From Planctomycetota bacterium (GTDB lineage Bacteria; Planctomycetota; MHYJ01; WSZJ01; JACPWG01): a stretch of 30,949 nt of DNA. Below, one piece after another: positions 16,747 through 26,300 of the stretch. A program made the translations under genes and the position numbers. Each line of letters starts with the position of its first letter. Position 1 is the first letter of the stretch. The stretch lies in assembly GCA_016220045.1 (NCBI GenBank), contig JACRIP010000076.1, forward strand, positions 1 through 30,949, in the 5' to 3' direction. The notes under the pieces were generated by a model. It had not been told where the DNA came from. It did not search any database and was given only the letters and a program-made list of their open reading frames with translations.

Positions 16747-17751
16747 TCACGAGATCCGCACCTCCCGCAAAAACGCCGCGGCGTTCTCCGGCGGCACCGG
16801 GTTGATGTAGAACCCGGTCCCCCACTCGAATCCCGCGACCCGCGTGATGCGCGGGATGATTTCGATATGCCAGTGGTAGTAGTCCACTTCCCCGACGTCG
16901 AACGGGGTCGTGTGAATCAGGTAGTTGTACGCCGGGTTCGCCAGCGCGCCCTCGATCTTCGCCAGCGTCGCCTTCAGGATGTGCGCCAGGTCCGCGATCA
17001 GGTGCTGCGGGAGGTTCTCGAAGTGCGTCATGTGGCGCTTGGGCATGATCCAGGTCTCGAAGGGGAAGCGCGAGGCGAAGGGCGCGAAGGAAACGAAGTT
17101 CGGCTCGGAGACGACGATGCGGTCGCCGGTCTCGATCTCCTGCTTGATGATGTCGCAGAAGAGGCAGCGCCCGCGGTAGTCGAGGAAGTGCTTGCCGCCC
17201 TGCATCTCCTGCTGGACCTGCTGCGGGACCACGGGGGTCACGATGAGCTGGCTGTGGCTGTGCTCCAGGGACGCGCCCGCGGTCTCGCCGACGTTCTTGA
17301 AGACCAGGCCGTAGAGCAGCCGCACGTCCTTCTTGAGGTCCTGCAGGCGATCGCGGTAGACCCAGATGACCTCGCGGATCTCCTCTTCGGTCAGCCCGGT
17401 AAGCGAGGTCTTGTGGGTCGGGTGCTCAATGATGACCTCGTGGGCGCCGATGCCGTTCATGATGTCGTAGAGTCCCTCGCCGCGCTTGTCGAGATCGCCC
17501 TCGACGCGCAGGGCCGGGAACTTGTTGGAGACCACGCGCACGCGCCAGCCGCGGTCGTTCGCGCGCGTGTTGGGGTAGCGCATGGCGGAGATCTCGGGCG
17601 GCGTGGAGGCCTCGTTCCCTTCGCAGAAGGGGCAGGTGGCGGCCCCGCGGAGCGTCGCCGGGGCGGCCTTGAAGTCGATCGGCCGCTTCGCCCGCTCCGA
17701 AGCGATGATGATCCAGCGGCCGGTGATCGGATCCTTGCGCAGTTCCGGCAT
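16747..17751 (-). CDS. galT: GalT-family nucleotidyltransferase (annotatable as galactose-1-phosphate uridylyltransferase; substrate uncertain)
   Basis: MPELRKDP...[33 protein letters not shown]...[10 protein letters not shown] (HxHxQ nucleophile motif), YHWHIEI and GFEWGTG. Confidence 0.88.
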   Translation of the reverse strand: MPELRKDPITGRWIIIASERAKRPIDFKAAPATLRGAATCPFCEGNEASTPPEISAMRYPNTRANDRGWRVRVVSNKFPALRVEGDLDKRGEGLYDIMNGIGAHEVIIEHPTHKTSLTGLTEEEIREVIWVYRDRLQDLKKDVRLLYGLVFKNVGETAGASLEHSHSQLIVTPVVPQQVQQEMQGGKHFLDYRGRCLFCDIIKQEIETGDRIVVSEPNFVSFAPFASRFPFETWIMPKRHMTHFENLPQHLIADLAHILKATLAKIEGALANPAYNYLIHTTPFDVGEVDYYHWHIEIIPRITRVAGFEWGTGFYINPVPPENAAAFLREVRIS

Positions 17752-17767
17752 CGGGGTCCCTTCTCTC

Positions 17768-19948
17768 CTAGGCCTGCCAGTGGACGGTTTCGAAGTTCGG
17801 GCTGGGCACCTCGAACAGGAGGGGCCCCCCGGCCGGGAAGCGGCCTGCGGGCTCGCCCCGGAGCGCGAGTTCCACGTAGAACTCGGCGGTCTGATGCGGC
17901 GAAAACCCGAGTTCGCTGAACGGACACGCGATCTCGACGGCCTCGTCGCAGGCGGCGGCGCCGCACGCGCGCGCCACGCCGCCCGGCCCGACCGCGCGTA
18001 CGGTGGGCGCCGGTCGGTCGGGGCGGGCCGTCACCTCGATCGCCACCTCGCGCGGCGCGCCGAAGGTCACCAGCGCGCGCCAGTCGTCGCCCAGCACCTG
18101 TCGCGCCCGCCCGGCGGTCTCGAGCAGGAAGAACGCGTTCTCCGCGTCGAAGCCGAAACGGATGTGCGTGAGCAGGGGGCGGACGGCGCGGTCCATCGAG
18201 GAGACGTCCTTGGCGGTATCGTACTCTCCGGCGCCGATCCACTCAAAGTAATCGGAGCGACGGCCATCGACCCGCACCTTGAGGAGGGACTGTGGCGCCG
18301 TGAACAGGGCCGCCTTGTGCCGGCGCTTGATCGGCTCGAACAGGAAGGGCGGCACCTCGCGCGCGAGCGCGCGGTAAACGTTCATCAGGTGCGTCCGGAA
18401 GAGGGCGTCGAATTCCAGGTCGAGCGCGGAGGAGTGGTCGTCGCCGAACCACCAGAACCAGTCGCTGCCTTCGGCGGCGTAGAAGCACTCCCAGGCGAGG
18501 TCGAGCTTCTCCGGCGGGAGCGTCCCGGCGCGCGCGGCGGCCACCAGGTCCGAGCGCACGCGGCCGACGTACTCCCAGGCGCGCCGGTCCTCCTCGTGCC
18601 CGATCCAGATGTAGAAGTTGTGCGCGATCCAGGAGCCCGTGTAGAGGGTGGCGATGGACTCGGTCGGCGGGTTCTGCTCCAGGAAATCCCCGATACGCAC
18701 GGTCTCGAGGTCGGGATCGGCGGTCACGCCCTGGTAGAGGGCGCGCAGGAACTCGATGCCGTTCTTCGGATAGTGCTCCCAGGCGTTTTCGCCGTCGAGG
18801 ATGACGCTGACGAGGACGGGACTATGGCGCGCGCGCGCCTTGACCTCGCCGAGGCGGCGCAGGAAGTCCTCCGCGGCGCGGCGCGGCTCCTCGTGCTGGT
18901 ACTGGAACCCGAGGAGATCGGAGAGGCGGAGATCGCGGAAGACGATGCCCAGGTCGCGCTCGCGCCCGGGGAGACGGTACGGCCGGTAGAGCAGGTCGGG
19001 ATTTTCGAGGTTGCCGCGCGCGTCGCGCGCCGGCCAGCGGCCCACCGAATGGGCGAGGATCTCCTCGTCGGTCGCGATCCAGCGAATGCCGTATTTCTCG
19101 AGCAGGGGCAGGATCGCCGGGCTGACCGAGCCCTCGGCGGGCCACATGCCGCGCGGGTCGCGTCCGAACTGCCGCCGGTACAGCTCCACCGCGCGCCGGA
19201 CCTGGACCTCGGCGTCCTCGGCGGTGGCCAGCTCGACCTGGGGCAGGCGGCAGTCGGGCATGGCGACGCGCGCGGCGGCCACGTCGAGCAGGAGCGGCAG
19301 GATCGGATGGTAGAAGGGCGTGGTCGTGACCTCGATCCGGCCCTCGTCCTGCAGGCGGCGATGCAGGGGAATTACCTGACGCAGCACCTGCTTCTGCCGG
19401 TCGAAGACCAGCGCCTTGTCGTGCTCGGTGAAGTCGCGTCCGCGGTCGCGCAGGGCGGCGAGTTCGGCGTCGCGCTCGAAGACGAGCGGGTGGAACCACG
19501 CGAGGTTGGCGAGCACCTGGAGGTCGAGGAATTCGTGGACCGAGAATTCGCGGGTCGCGCGTCCGGGTCCGCGGCCGCGCAGGCCGGCCTTCTCCCAGAT
19601 CTGGGCGTAGCGCGGATAGGACTGGATGACGCGCGGATGGACCATGAAGAGGTGGGTGAGCATCCAGGCGCGGTCTTCTTCGGTGAGGTCGGTCGCGGGG
19701 AGGAGCGAGCGGCGCTGATGGGTGTCGATCGCCGCGCCCGACAGGTAGTCCTCGAGCTGGCGGAGGAGGCAGGGAACGAGGTTGAAGTTGAGGCGGAGCG
19801 CCGGGAATTCCTCGGCGAGGGCGGCCATGCCGAAGTAGTCCTTGGTGCCGTGGAGGCGGACCCAGGGCATGGCGACGTCCCCGGTGAGGAGGTCGCGGTA
19901 GCAGGGCTGGTGCTGGTGCCAAAGAAAGGCCAGGTGGACCTTGCCCAT
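17768..19948 (-). CDS. GH57 glycoside hydrolase, amylopullulanase-like
   Basis: [40 protein letters not shown] (nucleophile), [11 protein letters not shown] (acid/base) and AEGSDWFWW. Confidence 0.93.
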   Translation of the reverse strand: MGKVHLAFLWHQHQPCYRDLLTGDVAMPWVRLHGTKDYFGMAALAEEFPALRLNFNLVPCLLRQLEDYLSGAAIDTHQRRSLLPATDLTEEDRAWMLTHLFMVHPRVIQSYPRYAQIWEKAGLRGRGPGRATREFSVHEFLDLQVLANLAWFHPLVFERDAELAALRDRGRDFTEHDKALVFDRQKQVLRQVIPLHRRLQDEGRIEVTTTPFYHPILPLLLDVAAARVAMPDCRLPQVELATAEDAEVQVRRAVELYRRQFGRDPRGMWPAEGSVSPAILPLLEKYGIRWIATDEEILAHSVGRWPARDARGNLENPDLLYRPYRLPGRERDLGIVFRDLRLSDLLGFQYQHEEPRRAAEDFLRRLGEVKARARHSPVLVSVILDGENAWEHYPKNGIEFLRALYQGVTADPDLETVRIGDFLEQNPPTESIATLYTGSWIAHNFYIWIGHEEDRRAWEYVGRVRSDLVAAARAGTLPPEKLDLAWECFYAAEGSDWFWWFGDDHSSALDLEFDALFRTHLMNVYRALAREVPPFLFEPIKRRHKAALFTAPQSLLKVRVDGRRSDYFEWIGAGEYDTAKDVSSMDRAVRPLLTHIRFGFDAENAFFLLETAGRARQVLGDDWRALVTFGAPREVAIEVTARPDRPAPTVRAVGPGGVARACGAAACDEAVEIACPFSELGFSPHQTAEFYVELALRGEPAGRFPAGGPLLFEVPSPNFETVHWQA

Positions 19949-20001
19949 GACGACACCACGGGCGCTCCATGGGGGAGGGGGGCGGGGTTGGGGCGCGGCG
20001 A

Positions 20002-20029
20002 ATTATAGCAGGGGGGGGTGGATTTGCAA
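20002..20029 (-). promoter_or_regulatory. Extended -10 sigma70-type promoter for the GH57-galT-glgA operon
   Basis: Minus strand TTGCAA-16 bp-TATAAT with TGC immediately before the -10. Confidence 0.75.
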
Positions 20030-20094
20030 GGGATGGGGGGGGTGGGTGGGGCACGATCATGCTGGTATCCCGGCCGTACCGGCCAGAGGCCTCG

Positions 20095-20229
20095 CCCCCG
20101 TCGCACTCGTCGTTCCCGTCGCCCCCGTCGCACTCGTCGTTCCCGTCGCCCCCGTCGCCCCCGTCGCACTCGTCGTTCCCGTCGCCCCCGGCGCCCCCGT
20201 CGCACTCGTCGTCCCAGTCATTCCCGTCG
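20095..20229. repeat. Modular 9-bp tandem array (15 units)
   Basis: Units P=CCCCCGTCG, A=CACTCGTCG and T=TTCCCGTCG in the order P A T P A T P P A T P' P A X T. Confidence 0.9.
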
Positions 20230-20331
20230 TACCTCGTACCTCGTACCTCGTACCTCGTACTCGTACTCGTACTCGAATGCCCTGGACGTACGAGTACGAG
20301 TACGAGTACGAGTACGAGTACGAGATACGAG
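20230..20331. repeat. Hexamer-armed palindrome, copy 2 (between divergent genes)
   Basis: (TACCTCG)x4, (TACTCG)x3, 15-nt core AATGCCCTGGACGTA, (CGAGTA)x5. 21-bp perfect stem. Confidence 0.9.
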
Positions 20332-20406
20332 CACGACGGAGGCAGTGGCTTCGCTGAGGATGGCCGGTTCGGTCGAGATGCAAGAATGGCCATGCCCCCC
20401 GGCTCT

Positions 20407-20435
20407 TTGACAACTCGCCTCGGGAACGCTATAAG
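20407..20435 (+). promoter_or_regulatory. Sigma70-type promoter for the DUF900 hydrolase
   Basis: TTGACA (20407-20412), 17 bp, TATAAG (20430-20435). Confidence 0.65.
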
Positions 20436-20442
20436 GGCCGGA

Positions 20443-21585
20443 ATGTGCATCCCCCGACCCGCCCGGCGCCGCCTCCCCGTCCCGCTCGCGCTCGCCCTCG
20501 CGCTCCTCCTGCTCGCCGGCTGCCGCGCGCCGGCGCCCTCCGCCCCGGTCGACGTCCACTACGCCACCGACCGCGCGCCCGACGACCGGGAAGGCTTCCG
20601 CGGCGGCTACGGTGGAGCCCGCAGCCCGACCTTGCGCGTCGGCACGCGCAGCATCCGCGTCGCGTTGGACGCCGAGACCGGCGAGCAGGCGATCACCTAC
20701 GTCGCGCCGTGGAACCCGCCTCCGGCCGACGCCGCGGTCGCCGCCGGCGACGCGTCTGCTCCCACCGACCCCGCCGTCGACCCCATCGAGGCTCTCCGCG
20801 CCCGCCTCGCACGCGCGCCCGGCCGCGATGTCTTTCTCCACATCCACGGGTACGGAACCGACTTCGAGGAGGCGCTCTACCGCACCGGCCAGCTCGCCTG
20901 GGCCTTCGGGCGAACGCGCACGCCGCTGCTCTTCAGTTGGCCGTCGCGCGGCCGGGTGGGGATGTACACCCCGGACGAGGCGGCGGCGGAGTGGGCGAGC
21001 TACGACCTACGGCGACTCCTGGAGGCCATCGCGCCGGAGTGCGCCGCGCCGCGCATCCACGTGATCGCCCACAGCCTGGGCAGCCGCGCCCTTTGCTGGG
21101 CGCTCGCCGCGCTCGGACGCGAGCGCGCACCCGGCGCCGGCCCGCGTTTCGGCGAAATCGTCCTGGCCGCCCCCGACCTCGACGCCGACGTGCTCGCGCG
21201 CACCCTGCCCGACCTCGCCGGCCTCGCCCGCCGCATCACCCTCTACCAGGCGAACAACGACGTGGCCCTCCGCCTCTCCTCCGCGCTCCACGCCGCGCCG
21301 CGCGCCGGCGACAGCCATGTCGTGCCCTTCCTCGCTCCCGGCGTCGTCACGATCGACGTCACCGAAATCCAGGAGGGGGTGCTCGGCCACGCCTACTTCA
21401 TTCTCAACCGGCGCGTGCGCGCGGACCTCGCCGCCCTGCTCGACGGGCGCACGGAAGAAGAGCGCGGGCTGACGCCGATCGCGAACGGCGCGGGCGCGCG
21501 CGCCTGGAAGATCCCCGCCCCGGGCGGCACGACCGACGGCCTGCGCCCTGCGCTCTACCGCCTCCGCGGCGGCCGCGGGGACTGA
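20443..21585 (+). CDS. Putative lipoprotein alpha/beta hydrolase (DUF900 family)
   Basis: Signal peptide with lipobox LALALALLLLAG-C. Motifs HYATDR, LHIHGY, LFSWPSRG, IAHSLGSR (nucleophile elbow), VLAAPDLD and GHAYF. Start reset to ATG 20443. Confidence 0.88.
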   Translation: MCIPRPARRRLPVPLALALALLLLAGCRAPAPSAPVDVHYATDRAPDDREGFRGGYGGARSPTLRVGTRSIRVALDAETGEQAITYVAPWNPPPADAAVAAGDASAPTDPAVDPIEALRARLARAPGRDVFLHIHGYGTDFEEALYRTGQLAWAFGRTRTPLLFSWPSRGRVGMYTPDEAAAEWASYDLRRLLEAIAPECAAPRIHVIAHSLGSRALCWALAALGRERAPGAGPRFGEIVLAAPDLDADVLARTLPDLAGLARRITLYQANNDVALRLSSALHAAPRAGDSHVVPFLAPGVVTIDVTEIQEGVLGHAYFILNRRVRADLAALLDGRTEEERGLTPIANGAGARAWKIPAPGGTTDGLRPALYRLRGGRGD

Positions 21586-21629
21586 CCGGCCGGCGCCTAG
21601 AGTGTGCACGGCCGCGCCTGCGCGTTGCC

Positions 21630-21737
21630 GTAGGGGCGCCCCGGGTGGGCGCCCCCCAGCGCCGACGTTGTCGGCAGGCGGGGCGGGCATCCCCCTTCGC
21701 CTCCGGCTACGGGGGACCGGCCAAGGCCCGCCCCTAC
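21630..21737 (+). repeat. 108-bp REP-doublet-like element, copy B
   Basis: 9-bp terminal inverted repeat GTAGGGGCG...CGCCCCTAC with internal hairpins. 98/108 identical to 11411-11518. Lies between convergent genes. Confidence 0.9.
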
Positions 21738-21840
21738 GACGAAAACCTTGGGTGTGCGGTCTCCAGCAGCCAGACTTGCGGGTAAAGATCAGCCCGCAGC
21801 CATCCCCCCTCCGGAGCCCCCCGCTTCCCCCGCGTTTCCC

Positions 21841-23193
21841 CTACTCGACCACGAACTCCTGTTTCGTGATCACGTCGCGTTCCAGGGTCACGCTGAGCCG
21901 ATCCACCGCCGTGCCGTCGATGTAGAGCACGACGGTGTAGGCACCCGCCGCAAGATGCCCGCTCTGGAATCGCCCGTCCATTTCCACGCGCCGCAGCACC
22001 AGGTCGTTCCCCTGCCCGTCCTGGATCGCGAGGTAGGCGTTGGTCATCGGCTGCCCGCCCGCACGGTGCACCAGCCCCTCGAACTGCCCGCCGCCCTGCG
22101 CCAGCGCGAGCGTCACCGGCGCCGGCTCCCCCTCCGGCATCACCGTCGCCGCCGCCGCCGCCGTGGCGTACCCTTCGAGCATCCCCACCAGCGTGTAGGA
22201 GCCCGGATCGAGCGAGGTGAAGCGGAAGTTCCCCTCCTCGTCGCTGAAGACGCTCGTCATTTCGGCCGCGACGATCCCTTCGAGCAGGTTGTTCGGGGCG
22301 GCGGAATCGCGCTTGCGGGCGCATACGGCGACTCCCTGAAGCGGTTGGCCGGTGCCCGAGTCGATCGCGCGGCCGGAGATGCCGAGCCGGGTGAAAAGAA
22401 CGTCGAGGCGCCGTTCGGCGACCGCGGGAACGTCGAGGGTCACGCGCGCGATCCGCGTCGGGTCGTCCGGATGGGTCACGATCAGCGTGTAGGTCCCGGG
22501 CAGCACGCCCTGCAGGGAGAAGAGGCCGGCGGCGTCCGAGGTCGCGTTCTTGGTGGAGAGCCCGCCCCCGTCGCCGGTCACGCTCTGGCCCGCGCTCAGG
22601 CCCGCCAGCGAGATCAGGGTGACGAGCGCGCCGGCCACGCGCTGTCCCTCGGCCAGAACCGCGCCATGAATGCGCGTCCCGGCCTCGACGCCGAAATTCA
22701 CCGTCGCCAGCTCGCCCTTCTTGAGCGTGACGATCCGGTCTTCGAAGGCGCTGTAGCACGGCCGCTCCTGGTTCTGGATGCTGTTGAGTGAGATCAGGTA
22801 GGAACCTGGGGGCAGGCCCTCGATGCGGTAGTAGCCGCGCGCATCGGTGAGGTTGGCGCCGCCCTCGCCCTCGAAGCCGGTGGCGGAGACCAGGAAGCCG
22901 GCGAGCGCGGCGTGATCGGGTCCGAGGACCAGCCCTTCGACGCCGGCCTGCTCGGTGCCCGTGGAGGCGGGCGCGCCGGTCGCCGCGGGGGTGCCACCTG
23001 CGGGCGGGCGGCCGTCGGGCCGGCGCGGACCGGCGCCGCCGGGGGAGGTGGACGGCCGCCTCCCCGGCGGGAATTCCCGGGTGGCGAGGTGGCGGATGGT
23101 GCTGCGAAGGCGGAAGGCCTGCGCAGCGCCGCATGGTGGAGTCGGGCTGAGGCGCTTCACCGATTCGCCCCACCCGCGAATTCGTCGATTCAA
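21841..23193 (-). CDS. Carboxypeptidase-regulatory-like (CarboxypepD_reg) repeat protein, four domains; start uncertain
   Basis: Four repeats of G-x-V/A...(T/S)D-x-x-G-x-(F/Y)...L-x-(P/A)-G-x-Y-x-(L/V): TDARGYYRIEGLPPGSY, SDAAGLFSLQGVLPGTY, SDEEGNFRFTSLDPGSY and MDGRFQSGHLAAGAY. No signal peptide visible. Confidence 0.75.
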   Translation of the reverse strand: MNRRIRGWGESVKRLSPTPPCGAAQAFRLRSTIRHLATREFPPGRRPSTSPGGAGPRRPDGRPPAGGTPAATGAPASTGTEQAGVEGLVLGPDHAALAGFLVSATGFEGEGGANLTDARGYYRIEGLPPGSYLISLNSIQNQERPCYSAFEDRIVTLKKGELATVNFGVEAGTRIHGAVLAEGQRVAGALVTLISLAGLSAGQSVTGDGGGLSTKNATSDAAGLFSLQGVLPGTYTLIVTHPDDPTRIARVTLDVPAVAERRLDVLFTRLGISGRAIDSGTGQPLQGVAVCARKRDSAAPNNLLEGIVAAEMTSVFSDEEGNFRFTSLDPGSYTLVGMLEGYATAAAAATVMPEGEPAPVTLALAQGGGQFEGLVHRAGGQPMTNAYLAIQDGQGNDLVLRRVEMDGRFQSGHLAAGAYTVVLYIDGTAVDRLSVTLERDVITKQEFVVE

Positions 23194-23339
23194 GCTGGAG
23201 CGGGCCGGCTCCCTTTTCCGCGCGAGCGGTCCCGCAAGTCGCGGCCGAGTTGTACCTCATTACTCCGCGAGCGGGGGCCCTGGCGAAACCACGATCGAAT
23301 CCTTGAGCCCGAGCGTGGGCGACGGTGGGGCGAGATCCG

Positions 23340-26300
23340 TCAAGGTGTGGGGCGTGGTCGGCCCTCGCGCGGCGGCCGCGCCGCGGCGGGGGCGGAGGTC
23401 GGTTGTGCGGTGGACGATCTTCCACGCGCCAGGGCGGCGCGGACGCGATCAGGGGACAGCCGCTTCGGGAGGTCGTCCAGGTCGTAGACGGCCCAGCCGT
23501 CGGAAAACTGGACGGAGGCATCGAGATCGAACGTATCTACATAGCCATCGGGCGTCCAGGCGACTTCTCGTGGAATGAGCTGGTTCCCTCGCGCCAAGCG
23601 GACCAACCATCGCGGCGTGGCCAGGGACACGTCCCAGATCGTGGTCGTGCCATCCTCCGCTTCGCAGGCAAGCAGGTCCCCTGCGGGATGCCAAGCGATC
23701 GATTCGACCGGCCCCCCGTGGTCCAGAGGAGTGCATGCAACACGGCCGGAGGCGGCGTCCCAGAGGCGGACGGTGTGGTCGTCTGCGCCCGAGCCGAGGC
23801 GTGTTCCTTTCGGGTCCCATGCGACCGAGTTGACCACACTGCCATCCCCTTCGAGGGCGCGGAGGAGGAGGCCGGAGGCGGTATCCCAGAGGCGGACCGA
23901 GCAGTCGTCGCTACCCGATGCGAGGTGTTCCCCTTTCGGGTCCCATGCGAGGGACGAGACCGGGCCCCCGTGTCCCTTGAGGACCCGGAGGAGGCGGCCA
24001 GAGGTGGGGTTCCAAAGGCGTACGGTGTGGTCGTTGCCGGCTGACGCGAGGCGGTCCCGCTTCGGATCCCAGGCGACGGACCGGACCGGGCCCTCGTGCC
24101 CTTCGAGTGTCCGGAGGAGGCGGCAGGAGGAGACATCCCAGAGCCGAACTGTGCTGTCCTCGGCGCTCGATGCGAGGCGCTTCCCCGTCGGGTCCCAGGC
24201 TACAGACAAGACTACTGGACCTCGGTGTTCTTTGAGAGAGAGGAGATGCTTGCCGGAGTCGAGGTCCCAGATCTGCATCTTGCCGCCGCCCGCCCCGAAG
24301 GCGAGGCGATTCCCTTTCGGGTCCCACACAACGGATCGGACCCCGCCCAGGGGGACATCGCGGTCTACGTGGCTTCTGAGCACGTGACCGGAGGCCGTGT
24401 CCGTGACATCGATTGTGCTGATGATCGCGCCCAACATTCTGCGGTTCGCGATCGAGGCGAGACGTTCTCCCGTCGCATCCCAAGCGACGGCGCGACCGAA
24501 AGCCTCGTACCCTTCAAGGGCGCGAACGAGGCTGCCGGAGGCGGGGTCCCAGAGGCGGACGGTACCGTCATGGCCGCCCACCGCTATGCGTTCCCTTTTC
24601 GGGTCCCAAGAAACGGAATGAACGCTGCCCTCGGGTCCTTCCAGGGTCTTGAGGAGGAGGCCATCGTTGGCGTCCCAGACGTGGATGGTGCGGAAGTGCG
24701 CGTCCGAGGCGAGCCGCTCCCCCTTTGGGTTCCAGGCGACAGACAAAACCGGATTCCCGCGTCCAGCGAATGCGCGGAGGAGGCGGCCGGAAGTCGCGTC
24801 CCAGAGGTGGATTGTGGCGCAGTTCGCGACCGAGGCGAGCCGCTCCCCCTTCGGGTCCCAGGCGACATCCGAGACGTTACCCTGGTGTCCATCGAGGACG
24901 CGCAGGAGGCTGCCCGAGGCCGCATCCCAGAGGCGAACCGTGCGGTCGTCTGCGGCCGAGGCGAGGCGCTCCCCCTTCGGCTCCCATGCGACGCGATGGA
25001 TCGGAGCCGTATGTCCTTCGAGGACGCGGAGAAGGCTGCCTGAGCCGGTATCCCAGAGGCGAACCATGCAGTCGCTTGAGGCCGATGCCAAGCGATCCCC
25101 TTTCGGGTCCCATGCGATGGCCCAGACCTGATCCTGATGCCCCGCGAGGGTCCTTAGGACACGCCCAGCGGCTGCGTCCCAGAGGCAGACGGTGAAGTCG
25201 TCCGAAGCCGATGCGAGCTGCTCCCCCTTTGGATCCCAGGCGACGCACCAGACTGGCCCCCTGTGTCCTTCCAGGACGCGGAGGAGGCGGCCGGTGTCGG
25301 CGTCCCAAAGGCGGATCGAATGATCGGCGCCCGCGGAGGCCATCACTCGGCCGTCCGGGGTCCACGCGATCGCATGCACAGGGCCGGTGTGCCCGACCGC
25401 CAAAGAGAACTGCAGCTCTCGTGCAACAGACCCGCCCGTCGTGCGGTCTACAGGAGGAGGACCGTCTCCCATCCGCGCGCCCAGAAAACCCGCTCCGGTG
25501 CAACTCGCCAACTTCAGAGTCGCGCCCGTCAGATCCGCGTGCGCAAACCTCGCGAATGCCGCGGACACTCCCGACAGGTCAGCTTGGCAAAGGTCCGCGC
25601 GACGGAGGTCCGTATGATCGAGGCTCGCACCCAGGAGCCGCGCCGCAATCATGCGGGCGCTGCGAAGGTCGGCGAAGTCCAATTTCGCCGCGCTCAAATC
25701 CGCGCCGCCAAGCTGGGCGCCGCGGAGGTCAGCGTGAGACAGGTTTACGCGGGCAAGCGATGCGCCCGAGAGATCGATCCCGCGCAGGTCCTCGCCCGAT
25801 AGGTCCGCATCGACGGCGCGAATCGCCGCAGGACGTACACCGCCGAAGGCCTCGCTCATCGCGGCGATTCGATCCGGGTGCTCCCCGGGGTCTGGACCCG
25901 GAACCAAGGGGCCGAGGCGGGCTCGAGCGTGATGGTGGAGGAGGAGCAGGGCATTTGCGGCCACGCGCGGTGGCGACTCCGCCCCGAGGATGCTCGCGGT
26001 GAAGGCGGGGATCTTGGCGGCCTCCGGCCACGATTCCAGAAAGAAGGCGACCTCCCTCGTTACGCGCCTCAGGTCGAGGCAGCTCGCATCTGCCCGCGCG
26101 ATCCCGGCCCTGAGCGTCCGCGCGATGAAGAACTCCAGGAAGGACCTGTGAATGAAGGAGTAGTATCCTTCAGGATTACGGTTGAGGAAGAGCGCGGTGC
26201 GGACCTCGGAATCGACCTTGTCCTTGTCGTAGGCCGTCAGCGGCTTGTCCTTGAAGAACTCGTTCGCTTTTTCGTACAGCGTCTCGTAGTGGACCCGAGT

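Noticed and set aside
12267-20008. Long plus-strand ORFs 12267-14972, 14905-17919 and 17582-20008
   Set aside because: Antisense shadows of the GH57, glgA and GalT-like genes.
20095-20331. Possible CRISPR array
   Set aside because: Units are contiguous 6-9-bp tandem repeats without unique spacers, and no cas genes are present.
19969-20442. Extended start of the DUF900 ORF, and the minus-strand DGNDEC-repeat ORF 18822-20450
   Set aside because: Both run through repeat arrays and promoter elements; ATG 20443 gives a proper lipoprotein signal.
23631-25394. ~126-bp periodic DNA repeats as CRISPR or a DGR template/variable repeat pair
   Set aside because: They are in-frame WD40 coding repeats; no adenine-specific mismatch pattern was noticed and no reverse transcriptase is in the window.
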